Assembly (NCBI GenBank): GCA_964016885.1
Contig: OZ024749.1
Location: forward strand, 41,044,001-41,108,000
From: Eledone cirrhosa
Taxonomy: Eukaryota
Direction of reading: 5' to 3'
DNA length: 64,000 bases
Below the pieces are notes generated by a model. It was not told the origin of the DNA and searched no databases. It saw only the letters and a list, made by a program, of their open reading frames with translations. Shown here in pieces: positions 27,243-42,876 of this stretch. A program made the translations under genes and the position numbers. Position 1 is the stretch's first letter. Each line of letters opens with the position of its first letter.

Positions 27243-27536
27243 TCATCATCATCATCATCAACGTTTAACGTCCGTGTTCCACGCTTGCATGGGTTTGGAC
27301 GGGGGTAGTCCCACTTGAGGCAAGAGTGATTGTCTTGCTCGCATAGGACTGTCTGGCAGGTTTTCTACAGCTGGATGCCCTTCCTAACACCAACCACATT
27401 TACAGTGTGGGTCTGGGAGGTTTTTACCGTGTTGCCTACACGGCCACATTACAGCGTGGACTGTGTGTTTTTTTGTCGTGACACCTACACGATCTCATTT
27501 GTTTCGGCCTGGATGGCGCGGCACCAACATAACTTT
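27243..27536 (-). mobile_element. RTE 3' UTR copy
   Basis: Reverse complement of 36517-36808. Confidence 0.85.
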
Positions 27537-29921
27537 ACAGAGTGTACAGGGTACATTTCATTATGGCACCATCACTAGAGAGGTTGGTATGTCCTGGGTA
27601 CATATACCTTCACATTTCGCATTCGAAATCATTACTGCTGATTTGTTTACGGTCTGCATAAAGGGAAGTCCCACTGCTTAGCAATTAAACATAAAAAAAT
27701 AATAAGTAAAGGTTGATGTTAAGAAGGATCTTTCATCTACCCAATGTCAACATTGTATATATATGCATATATATATATATATATTCATATTATTTTGTCT
27801 CCTCTTGTTTTATATCATCATCATCTTTATTTTGACCTCTCCATGGTGACATTGGTTGGACAGCCGGATGCCCTTCCTGACACCAACCCTTCAAGTCATT
27901 TCTTATGACACAAATACAGAAACACACAAATATATAAACATACAGATATGCATTGCATATATGTTCACACATACCTCATCATCATTAGCTTTTTTTTTTT
28001 TTGTTTTTTTTTTTTACCCCATGTTGACATTGGGTAGATGAAGCTGTTTGATGTGAAATTCTACAGTGAAAGATCCTTCATCAACCTTTACTTATTATTT
28101 TTTTATATTTAATTGCTAAGCAGTGGGACTTCCCTTTATGCAGACCGTAAACAAATATCACCATCAGCAGTAATGATTTCGAATGCGAAATGTGAAGGTA
28201 TATGTACCCAGGACATACCAACCTCTCTAGTGATGGTGCCATAATGAAATTTACCCTGTACACTCTGTTATTTAATTGGTTTTAGGAAGGCCATACAGCT
28301 GCAGAATCCATGCCAAAATTGGAATGTATGAGTGAAGTATGGTTCTCAGTAACTCCAAATAAGGACTATTTCAGAGCATAACAACCTGTCCAATTCATGC
28401 TAGACCTGCTAAACAAAGGGCTGGGATGAGTCTTCAGCTGTGTCAAAGACTTTATAACCTCCTTAGTGCTTTTGTCATAATAAAATGCATTCAGTAGAGT
28501 GCAGGATTGTATGACGTTGAGTTGAGGTCCACCGGCCCATCTGAGGCCTTTGGCAGGATGCAGGAACATATGTAAGAGATACGCAAGCACCTGGCCAACC
28601 ATGGTTGAGTATCACACCAGTCTACTGATGACCCATCCAACCCCTGCTAGCAAGGAAATTGAATGTTAAGCATTGACGATAATGATGATGGTAATGATGG
28701 TGATGATGGTGATGATGACGACGAGGCGTGAAGGAGAAGAATGTGAGATGTTTATGTTGCAGCCATGAATAAATGGTCTCTCTTATTGATTAGTACATGA
28801 CACATGTGAAATAAATGGAAACATTTACCCAAACTAAGCTAAATATATGCCTAGAGGATGTTTATTTCTGACAACAATTTTTGCTTTTCATACAGTGTGT
28901 TTATCATCGTAGTGAATACTCTCATCTCTCAGTGACGAAAATATCTTCTGCTTAACAACATACAGTTGAGAATTCTTGAATTATGTCTTTTATCCACCAA
29001 AATGTTTTGGTTTGGATTCGGTATATCTGCTGATTAATATTAGGTCAGGGTTATGAAATTTCATCAACACCAATATTGGCGTCAACTATGTTTTCATATT
29101 GGCACCAGCTTTTCCATAGATGTTGCTGCTGCTGTTGTTACTTCTCCTCCTCCCCTCCCTTCTTCTTTTTCTTCTTCCCCACTCTATTTATGTATAAATA
29201 TATCATCGCTTGGTGTGAATTTAACCCTTCCTTTTACCATATTTCTAATGCAATGCACTGCCTATGAATTTCCATATTGAAAATAATCTAAAATTTGAAG
29301 GAATTTACTAATTTTTTCATTATTAAGCAGATGCTTGAAACATAACAAGGTTCATACATATGATTTTAGATAAATAGAGGCATTTTAACTCTTTCGTTAC
29401 CATATTTCTAATAAAAGATGCTGTCTATGATATTCAAACAATTTTTTTAATGAAAATTTTGGAAGGATTTAGTAAACTAACTTTTTCATAACTTAACAAA
29501 GGTTCTTATATGAAATTATGATGAAAGGTCTTTAGATAAATATAAACATTTTAACCCTTTTGATACTGTATTTATAATGAAAGATGCTACCTATGATTTT
29601 CAAATTAATTTTGAAAATAATGAAGAATTTAGAGGGATTTAAGATGATGTTTGAACTTAGCAAGGATTCTTGCACAAAATTATTATGGAAGGTTTTTAGA
29701 TAACTATAAACACTTTAAAATATACAGCTTACTATTGAAGAACCAGAGGGATTTCAGGTGAATTGGTCCATCCATTGCTAGCAAGGAGAACAGACATTTG
29801 ATGATAATGGTATCACTAAAGCCCTTTAAATCATTGGACTTATGTAAATAATTAATAATTTAAATCCTTTTAAATGATTGATTATTTCATAAATCCAATA
29901 CCCTTACCATTAGGCATGTGG

Positions 29922-30250
29922 CCATATCTCATGTGGTCCATTTTATGATGTGCCATATCTCATGTGGCCCACCTTATGATGAGCCATATCTCATGTGGCC
30001 TACCTTATGATGAGCTATATCCCATGTGGCCCACCTTATGGTGAGCTATATCTCATGTGGCCCACCTTATGATGAGCTATCTCCCATGTGGCCCACTTTA
30101 TGGTGAGCTATATCTCATGTGGCCCACCTTATGATGTACCATATCTCATGTGGTCTACCTTATGGTGAGCTATATCTCATGTGGCCCACCTTATGATGTG
30201 CCATATCTCATGTAGTCTGCCTTATGATGAACCTTATTTCATGTGGCCCA
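29922..30250. repeat. 31-bp tandem repeat, about 10.5 copies
   Basis: Unit ccatatctcatgtggcccaccttatgatgag. Confidence 0.93.
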
Positions 30251-31084
30251 ATGTTTGAAAAAGGTTGCCCATGTTAGATAGACACAAAGACAAGGATGTG
30301 GTTGTGTTGGTTAGGGAAAGCTTGTGTGCATATTTGTGTGTGTATATATACGTATGTGTGTGTGTATATATATATATATGTGTGTATGTATGATCAACAG
30401 AACAGTTCTGAGAATTTTAGTCATCACAGAGAGATGATGATGACATTGATCAGTCATCAAAGGAAAAAACAATTACACACACTCATATGGTTATACACAT
30501 GAGTATATTAAAATAGATAATAAAATCAACCTCAGCTAAGTAAATAGCTGTTGGTTCTGAGATTGTTAGATCAAAGAATTTATATATATATATATATAAT
30601 GTAATGTGTAATGTGTGTGCATCCATGTATACACACACAGAGGAGGATAATGATGAAGAGGAGGCAGAAGAGTAGGATGATGGTATTGATGATAACATTA
30701 CAGCAACTGCAGAGGCAGCACCAGAGTTGAGCTTTGTTGGTCATTGACTTTGCTGTTGTAGTCCTCGTGGTGATGATTGTGGTGGTGGTGATGATGATGA
30801 TGATTGTAGTGGTGGTGAGGTTGATGGTTGTGGTGATGGTAATGGTAGTGTTTGTGGTGATGATGGTTCATAGTATTATTTTATTCGTTGACCTATATAA
30901 TAATTTTCCTATCTGGAAATCTCAAATTGTGTGGCGGCTTTTCTTCTTTAACATTAATAGGGAGTGTCTGAGTAATTAACAACTCAACCTGCTAAAAGCT
31001 TTAGTCAAATAGCCCTAAAATCACACCCTACTCTTTTTAACTCTCCCATGACAATATTACTAATGAAATCAGTAAATTGAAATA

Positions 31085-31210
31085 TTAATAATGAAATTGT
31101 GTACAGTGCTCAGGTGCACTACAACTCATCAAAGGTGCATGTATACAGTACATAGAATAATGTACAAATGTCAGGAAAGTGAACAGTGTACGAGTCATGT
31201 TATACACACA
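31085..31210 (-). mobile_element. CR1-like 3' end
   Basis: Same tail as 61040-61175; other copies near 620, 18600, 41445, 63352. Confidence 0.8.
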
Positions 31211-33174
31211 GGAAAGAATTTTGAGGGATTTACTAAAATGATTGATTATTTCATTACTAAGACAGCAAATTAACAAAATATTCTTGTATAAAGTTATTTT
31301 GGAAGATTATAATTTAAATAGGAACCCTAAAGAAAGGAGACATTAGGTAATATAGTCCTAGATACACTTTGTCAAAATAAAAGATTGGATGATCATAACT
31401 GGAATGCTATGGATATCCAATTTGGACTAGGTACACTGTATCCCTATTTGTTGGCATCAGGAAGGGCATCTGGCTGCAAAACATGACTTGAAAAGGCATC
31501 ATGGACCCCACAAGGTTAACCCTTGCTTTATTAGGGAAAATGGTCCAAACTCCTTTGATAACAAACCACCTGAAACACAACCCCTGGCAGAACCTATCCC
31601 TTTCCATATCTGAACTCAGTCGATTTCTTCTAGAGAATGAGAGGAAAAATCAAGCCCAGTTCTGGACTCGCACTTTCTTTATTGAAAGGATGAAAGACAA
31701 AGTTAATCTTGGCAGGATTTGAATTCAGGGTGCTGAAAAATGGAACAAATGTGGAAGCATTTAATCTGATGTCCTAACAACTTCTCTATTTTGCTGCATC
31801 ATAAAAATGTTTATGTAGTAAGTACTAAAACTTTTGAAGCCAGTTTGAAATTAGAAATTGGACTGATTGAAGCAGAAGATATGTTAAATAGACACAGACA
31901 CAGACAAACTAAATAAATAAATAACAAAGAACAAAACAAAAGTAATGAGAGGAGGTAAACAGTATGGAAACATTTTAAAATAATCATCACAATTAATCAT
32001 CTCAGACATATTAATTGTTTATATATGAGGTTCTCAGGGCTGTTGATGGTGAAGGTCAACTTAGTATTTTAAATATATTGGTGGCGGTGGTGGTGCTGGT
32101 GGTAATAATGGCTGTGGCAGTTGATGTTGGTGACAGTGTTAGTGGTTGTGGTGGTAATAGTATTGGCTGTGGCAGTTAATGTTGTTGATGACAGTTGTTG
32201 TGGTGGTTGTGGAGGTAGATGTTGGTGACAGTTGTAGTGGTTGTGATGGCGATGGTGATGTTGATTGGTGTTGTTACTGTTGATGGTAGTGGGGGTAAGA
32301 TATTGTTGGTGGTAATGGGTGTACTGGTGGTGGGGATTGTTGTGGTTGCTGTTATGGTAGTTGATGGTGTTGAGGGTAATGGTTGTAGTAGTTGTGATGT
32401 TGGTGGTTAGTGGTGGTGTTTATGGTAGCTGTGGTGATAAGTGGTACTTCTGATGATGGTAGTGGTGGTTGTAATGATGACGATGGTGGTGGTTGTAGTG
32501 TTTGGGGATGATGATGGTGGTTGTGGTGATTGTAGTGATGACGATGGTGGTTGTGGTGATGGTAATGGTTGTTGTAGTGATGGGTATGGTTTGTAGTGAT
32601 GATGGTGGTTGTGTTGATGGTGGCGATGGGAGTACCAGTTGATGGAAATATATGCTACTAGATTATAATTTGGAATAGCTTGACTGGTGATGGCCTTGTT
32701 AGTGCACTTTGGTTTTTCCCTCCTCTTTACCTCCACCACTGCTACCATTACCACCACCACCACCACCACCACCACTGCTACCATCACAATCACCACCACC
32801 ACTACTATCATCACCATCACTATCACCACTACCACCACTGCCACCACCACCACATTGGCAGCTGATGAAATATCAATTAATTCAATTGTCTCTGACAACA
32901 TGGCAATTACTTCCAGTCACCCTGCACCCTCACAAGCCCTCTTCCCACTTAACTTTTCCCACCCCATCGCTGGTGAGAGTGGGACGAGGGTTCTTTGTTT
33001 TAATAATCCTATCCAACAAGTTTAGATCCCCCCCCCCTTACATGTAGCTACTATCAGGAGTTTTGTTGTTACAGTTGATGCCACCCAAGTGACATATATG
33101 GAATAGTGACACACACACACACACACACACACATACAAACACACATATAATATATATATATGTGTGTGTCTGTG

Positions 33175-33219
<45 letters not shown>

Positions 33220-33755
33220 CATACTCATCTCAGCAGAGCTGTTCTGCTAGAGATCAGGTCGCAGGTGGTGGATAGGGATATGAATAGTGTTAGGGCCACC
33301 AGATATGATGGCTAGTTGCGACATAAGAAGAAGAATATATATACAGAGAGAGAGAGAAAGATAGAATCTATGGTGCTGGGATGGAGAGACCACAAGCCAT
33401 GGGAGTACTCAATTCATGGTGAGATGCAGAGTAGGTACAGAGAGAGATACGAACCTGAGCGCGATGGTTTTGGCTTGTGTGAAAAGGCTTGCTGAACACA
33501 CAAACCAAAACCATTTGATGTCATGGTTGGGTTCCTCTCTCTCTCTCTCACTCTCTCTCTCTCTCACTCTCTCTCTCACTCTCTCTCTCTCTCTCTCTCA
33601 CACTCTCTCTCCCCCCTCTCTCTCTCCCTCTTTCTCTCTCCCCTCTCTCCCTCTCTCTCCCTCTCTCTCTCTCCCCCCTCTCCCCCCCTCTCTCTCTCTC
33701 ACTCTCTCTCTCTCATGGTAGTTAAGACGGGATCAAATCACCATAATTGTTTATT

Positions 33756-33806
33756 ACATTATATATATTTCTGTTACATGGTTATTCATGTGACTTCGTC
33801 AGATAC
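33756..33806 (-). ncRNA. Minimal type I hammerhead ribozyme-like motif
   Basis: Minus strand: guau CUGACGA a gucacaug aauaac cauguaac a GAAA uauau AUA augu; stem II pairs 7 of 8, palindromic stem III, weak 4-bp stem I. Confidence 0.55.
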
Positions 33807-33857
33807 TTATGCAATCTTTGGTGCAGTTATTTAATCCCATTTTAATCCCATTATTTG

Positions 33858-34032
33858 AGGGCGGTGAATTGGCAGTATCGGTAGAGGGTCGGACATGCTT
33901 TCCAGCATAGTTACGTCCCTTTAAAATCTGAGTTCAAATCCGGCCGAGGTTAACTTTGCCTTTCATCCTTACGGGTCGATAAAATAAAGTACCAGTAATT
34001 GCTGGCCTTGTGCCTAAAATAGAAACAATTAT
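33858..34032 (+). mobile_element. SINE family A
   Basis: A and B boxes, core, attatttga on both flanks. Confidence 0.85.
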
Positions 34033-34170
34033 TTGATAAATGAATACTCTGTCACTCATTATCACCTACCTGGTGATAAACTACTGTCGTGTAGTGCTTT
34101 GAATCACTCGGATCTGCCTATCATCAGGAAGTTACTACATAACAACTAAGATAAACAACACATTTGTGCA

Positions 34171-34220
<50 letters not shown>

Positions 34221-34754
34221 ACCATGTCACATGTTCCTTTTTTGGTTTGTTGGTACACCCCTGCTTTCTGTCATACTATCAGAATGTAAAAAGAGAAACA
34301 GGGGACTGTGCTGAGTGAGAGGTAGAAGAGAGGGAAAGAAAGTATTATAGAAAGAGGTGGATTAGATAGATATATAAGAGATTAACAGAATTGAAGGTAG
34401 AGAGAGAGAGATGGTGTGGGAATAGACACCAATCAGCCAGATAAGTAAACAAGGTGAAACGCAAGAACAAAATAATGCAGTGTTTCAAACAGAATGTGTA
34501 AGAATTACTGAAAAGAGATAAATACTGTGTAATTAATGTTTAGAATAGATACAGCATATCCCTGCAGAAAAGGATTGGTGTCAAGAAGACACCAACCCTT
34601 TTACTGCAGGGATAGGCTGTAAAACATTATCTCAAATGAACTCTATATGAGTCTTTTAGTTTTCATAGGCACACAATGCTTACACCTGCTTAACCTATGG
34701 GAAATCGCCTTAAAACACTTGTTGTTTGCCTATATGTATATATATATATATATA

Positions 34755-35540
34755 TATTTTATATATATGTATACATATATAAACATGTGTATGTATGTAT
34801 GTATACATATATAAACATATGTATGTATACATATATAAACATATGTATGTATACATATATAAACATATGTATACATATATAAATATATGTATGTATACAT
34901 ATATAAACCCGCCAGATAGTCCTATACGAGCAGGACAACAAATCTTGCCTCAAGTTGGAAACCTCCCGTCCAAACCCATGCAAGCGTGGAAGATGGACGT
35001 TAAACGATGATGATGATATAAACATATGTATGTATACATATATAAACATTATGTATACATATATAAACATATGTATGTATACATATATAAACATATGTAT
35101 GTATACATATATAAACATATGTATGTATACATATATAAACATATGTATGTATACATATATAAACATATATGTATACATATATAAACATGTATGTATACAT
35201 ATATAAACATATGTATGTATACATATATAAACATATGTATGTATGTATACATATATAAACATTATATATGTATGTATACATATATAAACATATGCATATA
35301 TATATGTATACATATATAAACATATGTATATATGTATGTATACATATATAAATATATATATGTATGTATACATATATAAACATATATATATGTATGTATA
35401 CATATATAAACATATATATATGTATGTATACATATATAAACATATATATATGTGTATGTATACATATATAAACATATATATATATACATGCATAGATAAA
35501 CATATATATACAAATGTATGTATACATAGATAAACATATA
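34755..35540. repeat. About 24-bp AT-rich minisatellite interrupted by an RTE tail at 34905-35015
   Basis: Unit atatataaacatatgtatgtatac. Confidence 0.9.
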
Positions 35541-35662
35541 TATATAAATGTATATATAAACATATGTATATATATATGTAAATATATACAATATGTCTGT
35601 ATATATATATGTATATATATATATGTAAAAATATATATATATATATACAATGTGTCTGTGTG

Positions 35663-35729
<67 letters not shown>

Positions 35730-35845
35730 ACATTAGATATTGATTTTACCATACCATTCCCTCAAATAAACTCTATATGTGTACACCAGTAATTAACTCT
35801 ATTGACAAAATATAGTGATTCTATGGATTCTAACAAAAGGGAAAA

Positions 35846-36000
35846 TAATTGTTTCTACTTTAGGCACAAGGCCAGCAATTACCCAGTGCATTACTGGTAC
35901 TTTATTTTATCGACCCCGTAAGGATAAAAGGCAAAGTCAACCTCGGCAGGATTTGAACTCAGACCATAAAGGGCCGTAACTCTTTGCTACAAAGCATGGC
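35846..36000 (-). mobile_element. SINE family A, 5'-truncated, abutting the RTE
   Basis: Core and B box on the minus strand. Confidence 0.85.
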
Positions 36001-36806
36001 TGTATGATGCCTGCATATGAACAGCAATGTTACATGGCAGTGAGACCTGGGCATTGTGTGCAGAGGATATACGCAGACTAGAGAGGAACGAAGCTTGCAT
36101 GCTCCGCTGGATGTGTAATAGTAATATACGTGAACGGCAAAGCATAAACGAACTAAGGGAGAAATTAGGAATAAGGGGGATCAGATGTTGTTTACTCGAG
36201 AGAAGACTACGTTGGTATGGTCACGTGATGCGCATGAAAGACGACAGCTGTATAAAAAAGTGCAGGGCGATAAAAATAGATGGTAGCCACGGAGTAGACA
36301 GACCCAGAAAAACCTGGGACAACTTGATAAATTCCGACCTCACACACTTACACCTCTCCAACACAATGTCACTGGACCGAGATCTTTGGCGCTACACAGT
36401 TATACAGAAGACCTGCCTTGCCTAAGTTCAAAGTGAAACCTACAGTCAGTAGGCACCTCTAACAAAATACACCCCGTCCCACTACCCCCACCTCATCCAC
36501 ACCACCCCCTTAAATGTGAAGTTATGTTGGTACCACAACATCCAGTCCGAAACAAATGAGGTTGTGTAGGTGTCACGACAAAAAAACACACAGTCCACGC
36601 TGTAATGTGGCCGTGTAGGTAACACGGTAAAAACCTCCCAGTACACACTGTAAACGTGGTTGGTGTTAGGAAGGGCATCCAGCCGTAGAAAACCCGCCAG
36701 ACAGTCCTATATGAGCAAGACAACCAATCTTGCCTCAAGTGGAACAATTCCCGTCCAGACTCATGCTAGCGTGGAAAATGGACGTTAAACGACGATGATG
36801 ATGATG

Positions 36807-36808
<2 letters not shown>
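36001..36808 (+). pseudogene. 5'-truncated RTE LINE: ORF C-terminus plus 3' UTR
   Basis: MLHGSETW...MLRWMC...RRLRWYGHVMRM...RPRKTW...DRDLWR motifs (to 36425); tail ends in (GAT)n. Confidence 0.92.
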
Positions 36809-36844
<36 letters not shown>

Positions 36845-37094
36845 TACTTTAGTTTAACAAAGCTTCAATTGATTAAGAATGGCAGTTAAAGTACATATTT
36901 AATACACTAAGAGGTTGAAATTACAAACTGTTCTTCCCACCTGTAGGATTTCACAAGCTTATTGTAACATAATGTTGAGTGTGTGTCCATGTCTGTCACA
37001 GAAGCCTTGCCATTTGTTTTTTTATTTTTGTTATTTCTATTTACCTTTTACCCTTTTACATTCACTTGACCCTCCCAAAATATATATATTTGTG

Positions 37095-38215
<1,121 letters not shown>

Positions 38216-38583
38216 CTCCAACACGGGGGTGGTTTAAGCTTGCATGGGACCTCTAGCTACACAGTTTCATCAGGAGCACTTGCATTTATGTATGGTAATA
38301 AAATATGTAATTTGAACCCCTTTAAATTTTGGGTGCCTCTGGCTCCAGCCCACTCGATCTTCACCCTACCCCACTTACCTAATCTGCTACTACTCCAGTA
38401 TGGGACTGTCCGTGATCAATAAAACAAAATAAAGAAGTATTGTTACAGCAATTGGTTCAGTCAACAATATCTATCTTTCCCCCTTAAATTGGCCGTCTGT
38501 CTTAGGATAAAAGATCAATGGATGACGTGTTTATGTGTGCGTCTGTGTATGTGTAAAATTGAGATTATGTACCTCTTTTTAAT

Positions 38584-38634
<51 letters not shown>

Positions 38635-38650
38635 ATTATCATTCATCATC

Positions 38651-38832
38651 GGTGGATTGGCAGTATTGGTAGAGGGTCGGACGCCATGCTTTCCAGCATA
38701 GTTACGTCCCTTTACGATCTGAGTTCAAATCCCGCCGAGGTTGACTTTGCCTTTCATCCTTACGGGGGTCGATAAAATAAAGTACCAGTAATGCACTGGG
38801 TAATTGCTGGCCTTGTGCCTAACGTAGAAACA
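38651..38832 (+). mobile_element. SINE family A, young copy with 16-bp target-site duplication
   Basis: attatcattcatcatc at 38635-38650 and 38833-38848. Confidence 0.92.
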
Positions 38833-39037
38833 ATTATCATTCATCATCATCTTTTTTGTTTAGCTTCCATGCTTGCATTGGTTAGACGGGTCATCCATGC
38901 TGGGAGGCAAGCCTGGTCATAGCTGGCCATGTCACAGCGAGGACTGTAAATTTGGCCGGGTATTTTACAGCTGGATGCCCTTCCTAACACCAACCACATT
39001 TACAGTGTGGGACGTATATATGTAGAGAGAGAGAGAG

Positions 39038-39260
39038 AAATGACTTCTACAGGACTAGAACTGTTTGATTCGTATGAAGTCATCAGGAATGTCCTGATGA
39101 TTTCATACGAATGAAACAGTTTTAGTCCTGTAAATGTCATTTATATATATATATATTTATATATATATATATATATATATAATAAAGATGCCTATACTCT
39201 ACCAATGTATTGAGTACTTTCTTTAACTGTGGTTACTACCCAACACAACTTGGGAATCTA
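39038..39260 (+). mobile_element. Fold-back Penelope-like LTR remnant with hammerhead-like core
   Basis: Hairpin 39038-39142 with apex tcatcagga-atg-tcctgatga; CTGATGA at 39094, GAAAC at 39113; tail motif at 39197. Confidence 0.6.
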
Positions 39261-39271
39261 CATCATCATCA

Positions 39272-39355
<84 letters not shown>

Positions 39356-39938
39356 AGACACATATATACATACACACACAACACTGATACATATATATAT
39401 ATATCAATCCTCATTTTACATCCGTTTCCATTATTCAGAAATGCCAGCATACAAACAATACAAGGTATCTTGTTCCCACTTAGTTTCCTTAGCACTTCTT
39501 TTAACAAAGGGAATTTTTGTACCAATATATTATCATCAACATCTTATACATATAGCGTTTATATACATATGTGTGTGTGTGTGTGTATGAGTGTCCATGG
39601 TGATGATGTTGGTGGTGGTGGTAGTATTTGAGGTAGTGTATGTCTGTGTATATACATAATCCTCACTAGTGTGTGTTAATACATGTTGATATATAGTACT
39701 ATTGCTGTGTATTCCTGTGGAGAAGTTATTTATCCATCTATCCATTGTGGTCTGTAACAGGTGCCGTAACGAGGTTGTTGTTTATCAGAGCCGGCAGTTT
39801 GCCAGAGAAGTAGCAGGTTAGCTGAAACTTAAGCTGCCAACCTCCTCACATAATTGGCCTGTATTGATTGGGAAAAAAACCAAAGAATGCTTTTATGAAC
39901 AAAATTATTATAATCAAAATATTGTCTTTCTTTCTTAA

Positions 39939-40182
39939 CCCTTTCATTACCATATTTCTTATAAAAACACTGCCTGTAATTTTCAAATAATTTTGAAAAT
40001 ACCTAAGAATTTAAAGGGATTTAGTAATATAACTAACTTTCTAATTATGAAACTGGTGTTTGGTGGTAAATAACCTTTTAAGTTTCTTACATAAAAGCAT
40101 GACGGAATGTTTTCAATAAATATAATCACTTTTAAATAAATAGCTTTGTACTATAGATTCTGGTGGTTTGGTATCTAAACGA
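39939..40182. mobile_element. piggyBac-type MITE, family 2
   Basis: TTAA-ccctttcattacc...ggtatctaaacga-TTAA. Confidence 0.7.
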
Positions 40183-40194
40183 TTAACTCTGTGA

Positions 40195-40310
40195 TGATTG
40201 ATGTGAAGAGAAATGGAATGAGATGGCTGGGTCATGTGTTAAGGAAGCATGAAAGTGACTGTGGTGAGAGGAATGATGGTAATGAATGTAGAAGGAAATG
40301 AAAGGGGTTG
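40195..40310 (+). pseudogene. Old RTE ORF fragment
   Basis: Translates MRWLGHVLRKHESDC. Confidence 0.6.
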
Positions 40311-41518
40311 ATAAGGATTTATAACGCCTACCCAGACCATCCTGCATCTGAACCTAAGAGTCATGGACCTTAGTGTAGGATAACCCTAGTTCTAATGACC
40401 TGGCCTAAATGCTTGCAACTGTATGCATTTTATACTAAAGGTACCCAAAAACCAGTTTTGTAAAAAAGAAACAGGCACCCAGCTTTGTAGGCCATGTTGA
40501 AGATGATCAGTCACAGCCAGAATGACTGATCATAGTTCTGGTGGATCAAGGCTAACCTAAGGTTAAATAACAACAATGAGAAATGGCTACAAACTTGACC
40601 CTTTCTTTTATCAATCAATGGCATGTGAAAACTAATAAGCAAATCTATTGAATGTTGTTGAAGTCTTTTCTCTTACTTTGCTTAACCTACTCGAAATTGC
40701 AGTTGAATCTCCCTAAAATTACACACTTCCCTACAACAACAGCCAACATTGTTTTAAGGTCATTTTCTCTGCTAAAGGTCCCATGACAAACTTTGTATTG
40801 ATCATTGGATCCTTTTTTGAGATGTTTTACAGTCAGATGCCCTTCCTGGTGCCAACCCTTTTAGACCAATTGATCAAAGGGTTGGGAGGATCCTTCAGTT
40901 GTGTCCAAGACATGACAACCTCCCCTGTGATTGTATCATGATAAAATGCACCCAGTAGAATGTGAGGTTGTATGTAAGTGAGATGCAGGCTCCCAGTCAA
41001 TCTGAGAGGTCATTATCCCTGCTTAAGTATTGGCTCAGTCTGTGAAAATCTACCTAGCCCTTGCTAGCAGGGAAAAATTGATGTTAAATGACTTTGATCA
41101 TAGCTCTGATGGATCAAGGCTCACCTAGGCAAACCCTGGCCCAGTGCGAAAAAACAACCAGGCAACCTCCTAGGGTACAGACCTCAGGGAGTGGTATTAT
41201 TGAGTCTTAAAGGGGTGTGGTCTATATAAATCTGTATAATCAAATTAAATATTTCCTGTGATCAATAAATAAATCATTAAACATCTTTGCTGCATAGCAG
41301 CATTGTGGAAATATCCAAAGTGGTGGAGAAGATTGTATAGTGTTAAGACTGTGTACAAGGATATGTAGTAGAATATACAAACATAGTAAATATTTTTAGC
41401 ATAGTCAGAGGTAGAAGTGTCACAAACTTGGTTCATCAATTTATAGTAATGAAAATTGTGTACAGTGCTCAGGTGCACTACAGCTCATCAAAGGTACATG
41501 TATAGTACATAGAATAAT

Positions 41519-41696
41519 TGTTTCTACTTTTGGCACAAGGCCAGTAATTATCACAGTGCATTACTGGTACTTTATTTTATCGACCCCATACAGATGAAAG
41601 GCAATGTTAACCAATGAACTCAGAACGCAAAGGGCCATAACTCTGTGCTACAAAGCGTGGTGTCTGACGCTCTACTGATACCTACAATCCACTGCC
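41519..41696 (-). mobile_element. SINE family A nested in a CR1 3' end (41445-41760)
   Basis: 17-bp TSD atagtacatagaataat at 41502-41518 and 41697-41713. Confidence 0.9.
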
Positions 41697-42162
41697 ATAG
41701 TACATAGAATAATGTACAAATCTCAGGAAAGTGAATAGTGTATGAGTCATGATATACACACAGATTGGAAACTGAAAGTTGAAATTATAACTTGGATAAG
41801 CAGGAGGCACATGGTGTAGCTTGCCTAAGGTGTTAAATATCCAGACACTGGTCCTAATCAAAGGTCTGATAGATCAGGGCTAACCTAGAGCTAAACACCA
41901 ACCACACCAGCTAGAAATGGCTACAACTGGGTCCCTTTCTCTTGTTAATGACATGTGACAAACTAGTAACCAAATCTGTTGAATGTTGTGGAATGTGTTT
42001 TTCTGTTTACCTTGAACATATTCTACTTAGCTCCAGCTCAGCTTATCCCGATTAGCCAAGCTACAGTGGATTATCCCCCTCAACCAACATTATCCCACTC
42101 AAAACAACAGCTAACAACAGAGATCATTTATTTCAAACTCAAACGTTTTTTTTGTCATTTAA

Positions 42163-42381
42163 CCCTTTAGCATTTGCATTATTCTATATTTACTATTGTA
42201 TTTTCATGGTCAATACTTTATCTCATATAATTATCTCACATAATATCAAATCTATGAGATTTTAATATTATTTATTTTGAGAACAATACCTTAAGATAAG
42301 CATGAGCAACTGGTTTTGGCCATTTTGAACAGAAAGAGGTGAGAATTCTGACTGGATACGGCCGGTTTAAATGCTAAAGGG
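42163..42381. mobile_element. piggyBac-type MITE, family 1
   Basis: TTAA-ccctttagcattt...aaatgctaaaggg-TTAA. Confidence 0.88.
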
Positions 42382-42450
42382 TTAAGTCTTTTCCACATGT
42401 AACTTCATTTACTTTCTCTCCAAATTTGGGTATTTCCATTCTTCTTGACT

Positions 42451-42490
<40 letters not shown>

Positions 42491-42735
42491 CTTCTTTTTT
42501 TTTCTTTTTCTTTTAATTTTTGCCGACATGATCAAAAGCATTCCATACATGTTGGTATTGGTGCTGATGGTTATAGTAATTGTGATGGTAGCAATGCTAT
42601 TAGTAGAGGTGGTCATGTTGAGAATGATGGTGGCAGCTGTGATAGTAATAATGGTGAGAATGGTTGTGGTGGTGGTATGTAGCAAAGGTATATTCATATA
42701 GGGATGAGGTGACATATATGTATGATGTGTATGTA

Positions 42736-42766
<31 letters not shown>

Positions 42767-42809
42767 TAATTCAAAATATTAACAAAATAGATATTCTTGT
42801 GATCAATTA

Positions 42810-42876
42810 TATTTTATTATACATATTTCAGAGGTACTGAGTTAAGTTCAACAGTACGTCCTCATCAGATAAAATA
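42810..42876 (-). ncRNA. Minimal type I hammerhead ribozyme
   Basis: Minus strand: uauuuuau CUGAUGA ggacguacug...caguaccucu GAAA uaugu AUA auaaaaua; 8-bp stem I, intact core. Confidence 0.72.

Noticed and set aside
29922-30250. 31-bp array (and the 38-bp array at 15697) as CRISPR-like
   Set aside because: Contiguous tandem units without unique spacers; no cas genes; eukaryotic context
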